Positions 29,392-32,000 of a stretch of DNA of 32,000 nucleotides are shown here, piece by piece. The notes beneath the pieces were generated by a model. The model was not told where the DNA came from and made no database searches. It saw only the letters and a program-made list of their open reading frames with translations. This stretch comes from Pyrolobus fumarii 1A (GTDB lineage Archaea > Thermoproteota > Thermoprotei_A > Sulfolobales > Pyrodictiaceae). The translations under genes were made by a program, and so were the position numbers. The stretch lies in assembly GCF_000223395.1 (NCBI RefSeq), contig NC_015931.1:300001-332000 (forward strand), given 5' to 3'. The first letter of the stretch is position 1. Each line of letters begins with the position of its first letter.

Positions 29392-29479
29392 TGGCGCCGG
29401 GGGCGGGATTTGAACCCGCGCGGGGTTGCCCCCACCGGCTTAGCAGGCCGGCGCCCTAGCCAGGCTAGGCGACCCCGGC
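29392..29479 (-). tRNA. tRNA-Ser (anticodon GCU), CCA encoded
   Basis: The minus strand reads GCCGGGG-TC-GCC..GGC-G-CCGGC-CTGCTAA-GCCGG-TGGGGGCAACCCCGC(long variable arm)-GCGGG-TTCAAAT-CCCGC-CCCCGGC-G-CCA. All stems pair, and the length is 88 nt. Confidence 0.9.
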
Positions 29480-29513
29480 ACCAGTTCCGTTAACTTCGTC
29501 ACTTCGGGTCCGG

Positions 29514-29520
29514 CTATAAG
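29514..29520 (-). promoter_or_regulatory. TATA-like CTTATAG upstream of tRNA-Ser
   Basis: Its centre is about 38 nt upstream of the mature 5' end, which is compatible with a short leader. It rests on a weak single motif. Confidence 0.25.
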
Positions 29521-29660
29521 TGTTGCGTATGAGTGTCATAGTGTATTATGGTTGTGTTGTGGGGCTCGGTGTGAGCTATGCCAGTCATCCCGCGCGGGTC
29601 AGTGACTGCCCGCCTCCCCACAGCCCCGTGTGGCTGCGAAAATAGTGGATGGGGTTGTTT

Positions 29661-30467
29661 CTACTTGCCTCTTAGTTTCTCTGTTATCAGGTCGGCGACT
29701 TTCTTGCCGCTTAGGAGCATGCCGCCGAAGATTGGGCCCATCCTATAGTAGCCTTTGACTGCTGTGGCTGCCATACCTGCGACGTAGAGGCCTGGTATGA
29801 GTTCTCCCGTTGCCTTGACTACGAGCTTCTCGCCCTCCTCGGCCCAGGCGGGGCCGTCGCCCGGGACCTCAGGTGCCTCGCCACGTAGCTTCTGATGGGC
29901 TATCCTGGCGAGTCTAGCATCGTGGCCAGTGGCGTCAACAACAGCCTTAGCCTCGAACATGAGTGGGTCTACGTGTAGGTTGGCTATACCCACCGCGCTC
30001 CACAGGGCCATGACGCCGGCTACCCGGTGTCTCTCGCCCTCCTTCCTAACCACCAGGTCGACGGCCTCGAGCCCGAGGATTATCTTGGCGCCGGCGTTCA
30101 CAGCAGCCGAGGCGAGACCGGTTATCAGGGCGACCGAGTCTAGCGAGTAGATGCCCTTGACGCTTGTCGGGTGAACGCGTATACCCATGTCATTTAGCAC
30201 TGGGAGTGCCTCCTCCTGAACCAGCACCTTGTGAAAGAGCATGCCACCGCCTCCAATGCCGCCACCCACGCTCAGACGCCTCTCCAGCACGAGAACCCTG
30301 AAGCCCCGCTTGGCTAGGTAGAAGGCGGCGGTTAGGCCAGCAGGACCCGCGCCAACGACTATCACGTCGCTTTCGGCATACTCGACTAGCTCCTTAGAGG
30401 CCTCCTCGATGATCACGCGTGTGATAATGGCATCAAGTCCGGGCATGGCCGTTCGCCGGGTTGTCAT
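29661..30467 (-). CDS. thi4: thiazole synthase Thi4 (archaeal Thi4/ribulose-1,5-bisphosphate-synthetase-like family)
   Basis: Family-typical blocks are DVIVVGAGPAGLTAAFYLAK (FAD GxGxxG), GGGIGGGGMLF, VVDATGHDA and RMGPIFGGMLLSGKK. Start candidates are ATG 30467, ATG 30446 and GTG 30485. Confidence 0.85.
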   Translation of the reverse strand: MTTRRTAMPGLDAIITRVIIEEASKELVEYAESDVIVVGAGPAGLTAAFYLAKRGFRVLVLERRLSVGGGIGGGGMLFHKVLVQEEALPVLNDMGIRVHPTSVKGIYSLDSVALITGLASAAVNAGAKIILGLEAVDLVVRKEGERHRVAGVMALWSAVGIANLHVDPLMFEAKAVVDATGHDARLARIAHQKLRGEAPEVPGDGPAWAEEGEKLVVKATGELIPGLYVAGMAATAVKGYYRMGPIFGGMLLSGKKVADLITEKLRGK

Positions 30468-30764
30468 GTGCCCAGGAATAACCACCCCTCAAACCCTCCG
30501 CCACGCTCAACAAGCAATCCACCAGGTCGCTAATCCATGTTGTACTCCACGGTAACGCTATAGTAGTGGTATTAGAACAGAGCATGTGACGAGAGTATAT
30601 CGCAATGTCGTTGTAGAGGCTGGGTAGTGTAACACCAGGCGGGTTGAGATGAGGCGGTAAACTAGGACTAGTGTGAGGCGCGCATCTAGTAAAACTAGTT
30701 TAAGATCGTGAGGTAGTCGTGTAAGGAGAGAGGTGCAAAGAATCCGGCTCGGGTTACACGCGCG

Positions 30765-31802
30765 TTAGGCGTCGGCGCCTCTAACCTGTAGTAGCTCTTC
30801 CGGCTTGAGCTTGCGAATGTCGATTCCCATCATGCTCTTTGACTCGGATATCATCCTCTGCGCCTCTGCGACAGTCTCCGGGTCATCCCACATCGCCGTT
30901 GCCAGCACGATTGCCTGTGCCCTCTCCCTTGGATCCTGGCTCTTGAATATCCCGGAGCCTACGAACACGCCATCAGCGCCAAGCCACATCATGAGGGCTG
31001 CGTCTGCAGGTGTGGCTATACCGCCTGCTGCGAAGTTTACGACCGGGAGCCTGCCGAGTTTCGCGGTCAGCTCGACGAGCTGGTAGGGGACGCCATACTC
31101 TCTTGCCTTCCTCATCCTCTCCTCGGGGGACATGGAGCGCAGAGACCATATCTCGCTCATAATCTGCTTCATGTGGCGTACTGCCTCGGCGACGTTGCCG
31201 GTGCCCGCCTCGCCCTTCGTCCTTATCATCGCGGCGCCCTCGGTTATCCTACGGAGAGCCTCGCCGAGGTTCCTAGCGCCGTTGACGAACGGTATCTTGA
31301 ACTCCCACTTGTTTATGTGGTGGTGTTCGTCGACGGGTGTCAACACCTCACTCTCGTCTATCATGTCGACGCCCACGGCTTCGAGTATCTTAGCCTCCAT
31401 GTAGTGCCCGATTCTCACCTTCGCCATAACGGGTATCGTTATGCTCTCCATAACCTGCTCTATGACCTTGACGTCAGCCATTCTCGCGACGCCACCCGCC
31501 TTCCTCACGTCGTAGGGCAGCTTGTCGAGAACCATGACCGAGACGGCGCCAGCATCCTCGGCTATCTCTGCCTGCTTAACGTTAGTAACGTCCATGCAGA
31601 CGCCTCCCTTCTGGAATATCGGGAAGCCATACTTCACGCGGAGAGTACCACGAGCAGGTATCTCGATAACCTCGGGGAGCCTCTCCGGCCCATAACGGAA
31701 CCAGAGTCCATCCTCACGCAGCCTGTCAGCAGCCTCGGCCAGCCTGTAGAAGAAGTCGACTATAGTGTCAAACCCGACCTCGTAGAGACGCACGGACCCC
31801 AT
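30765..31802 (-). CDS. pdxS: pyridoxal 5'-phosphate synthase subunit PdxS
   Basis: Nearly invariant PdxS blocks are present: [78 protein letters not shown] and [14 protein letters not shown] 31802 gives the crenarchaeal-type N-terminus [21 protein letters not shown]. The ORF-track start at 31874 adds 24 unsupported residues. Confidence 0.9.
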   Translation of the reverse strand: MGSVRLYEVGFDTIVDFFYRLAEAADRLREDGLWFRYGPERLPEVIEIPARGTLRVKYGFPIFQKGGVCMDVTNVKQAEIAEDAGAVSVMVLDKLPYDVRKAGGVARMADVKVIEQVMESITIPVMAKVRIGHYMEAKILEAVGVDMIDESEVLTPVDEHHHINKWEFKIPFVNGARNLGEALRRITEGAAMIRTKGEAGTGNVAEAVRHMKQIMSEIWSLRSMSPEERMRKAREYGVPYQLVELTAKLGRLPVVNFAAGGIATPADAALMMWLGADGVFVGSGIFKSQDPRERAQAIVLATAMWDDPETVAEAQRMISESKSMMGIDIRKLKPEELLQVRGADA

Positions 31803-32000
31803 CCAATGATGGTATGGTCCTAGAGGCTCGGCCACGAGCCTACCCCACCCCCATGATTGCAACACAACCCCCATAATACACCCTGCCCGGGGTTACACGC
31901 GCAAGCCAAGAACGCCGGGGCGTGCGGCTAAGAGGCAACGTAAACATAGCAACACGCCACTAAAACTTATAAAGGGTCACGGAGACCCATCCCTCAAACG

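Noticed and set aside
30486-30764. Possible TPP riboswitch in the 279-nt gap upstream of thi4.
   Set aside because: On the minus strand I could not find the conserved CUGAGA / ACCUGA-type THI-box elements. TPP riboswitches are not a known feature of crenarchaeal thi4 genes.
30751-31902. A 13-nt direct repeat GGGTTACACGCGC (30751-30763 and 31890-31902) flanks pdxS.
   Set aside because: Under equiprobable bases, several exact 13-mer pairs (about 32000^2/2/4^13, roughly 8) are expected by chance in 32 kb, and more in GC-biased DNA. The two copies sit at different distances from the thi4 and pdxS starts. No further support was found.

Overview
High-GC archaeal (crenarchaeote-like) DNA; all coordinates and counts were derived by hand from the printed sequence. 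The right end (29.39-32.0 kb) is housekeeping, all on the minus strand: tRNA-Ser(GCU), thiazole synthase Thi4 and PLP synthase PdxS. Everything to the left abuts the 3' end of tRNA-Ser and reads as an accessory island. No integrase is visible, and the left boundary lies outside the window. The island contains: (i) pilin-like and giant secreted proteins (1.1-8.0 kb); (ii) two toxin-antitoxin pairs (3.9-5.2 kb); (iii) a long minus-strand pilus/DNA-transfer supercluster (10.4-21.8 kb). It combines a type-IV-pilus motor (GspE/FlaI-type ATPase plus a double-T2SSF TadC/FlaJ-type platform) with conjugation/Ced-like parts: a VirB4/HerA-type ATPase and a VirB6/CedA-like polytopic protein flanked by two small 2-TM proteins. 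It also encodes a cysteine-less TFB-like paralogue; (iv) small Zn-finger/RHH/wHTH regulators; (v) a plus-strand four-gene operon (23.2-26.7 kb) encoding a coiled-coil protein, a TGT/DpdA-like transglycosylase, an ArcS-like DUF5591 protein and a double winged-helix protein. This is a candidate 7-deazaguanine nucleic-acid modification module. The most striking DNA-level signal is a palindrome, (CC)AACCGCGGTT(GG). It has at least 21 perfect 10-nt cores between nt 15 and 28535 and none in the housekeeping end. Copies sit at gene junctions and in two large non-coding hubs (3488-3828 and 26778-27222). A second, strand-specific 14-mer (minus strand GCCACTGCGGGG[C/T]C) lies 12-27 nt upstream of four pilin-like or secretion-related genes. 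Functional links between these motifs and the encoded proteins are hypotheses, not demonstrated.
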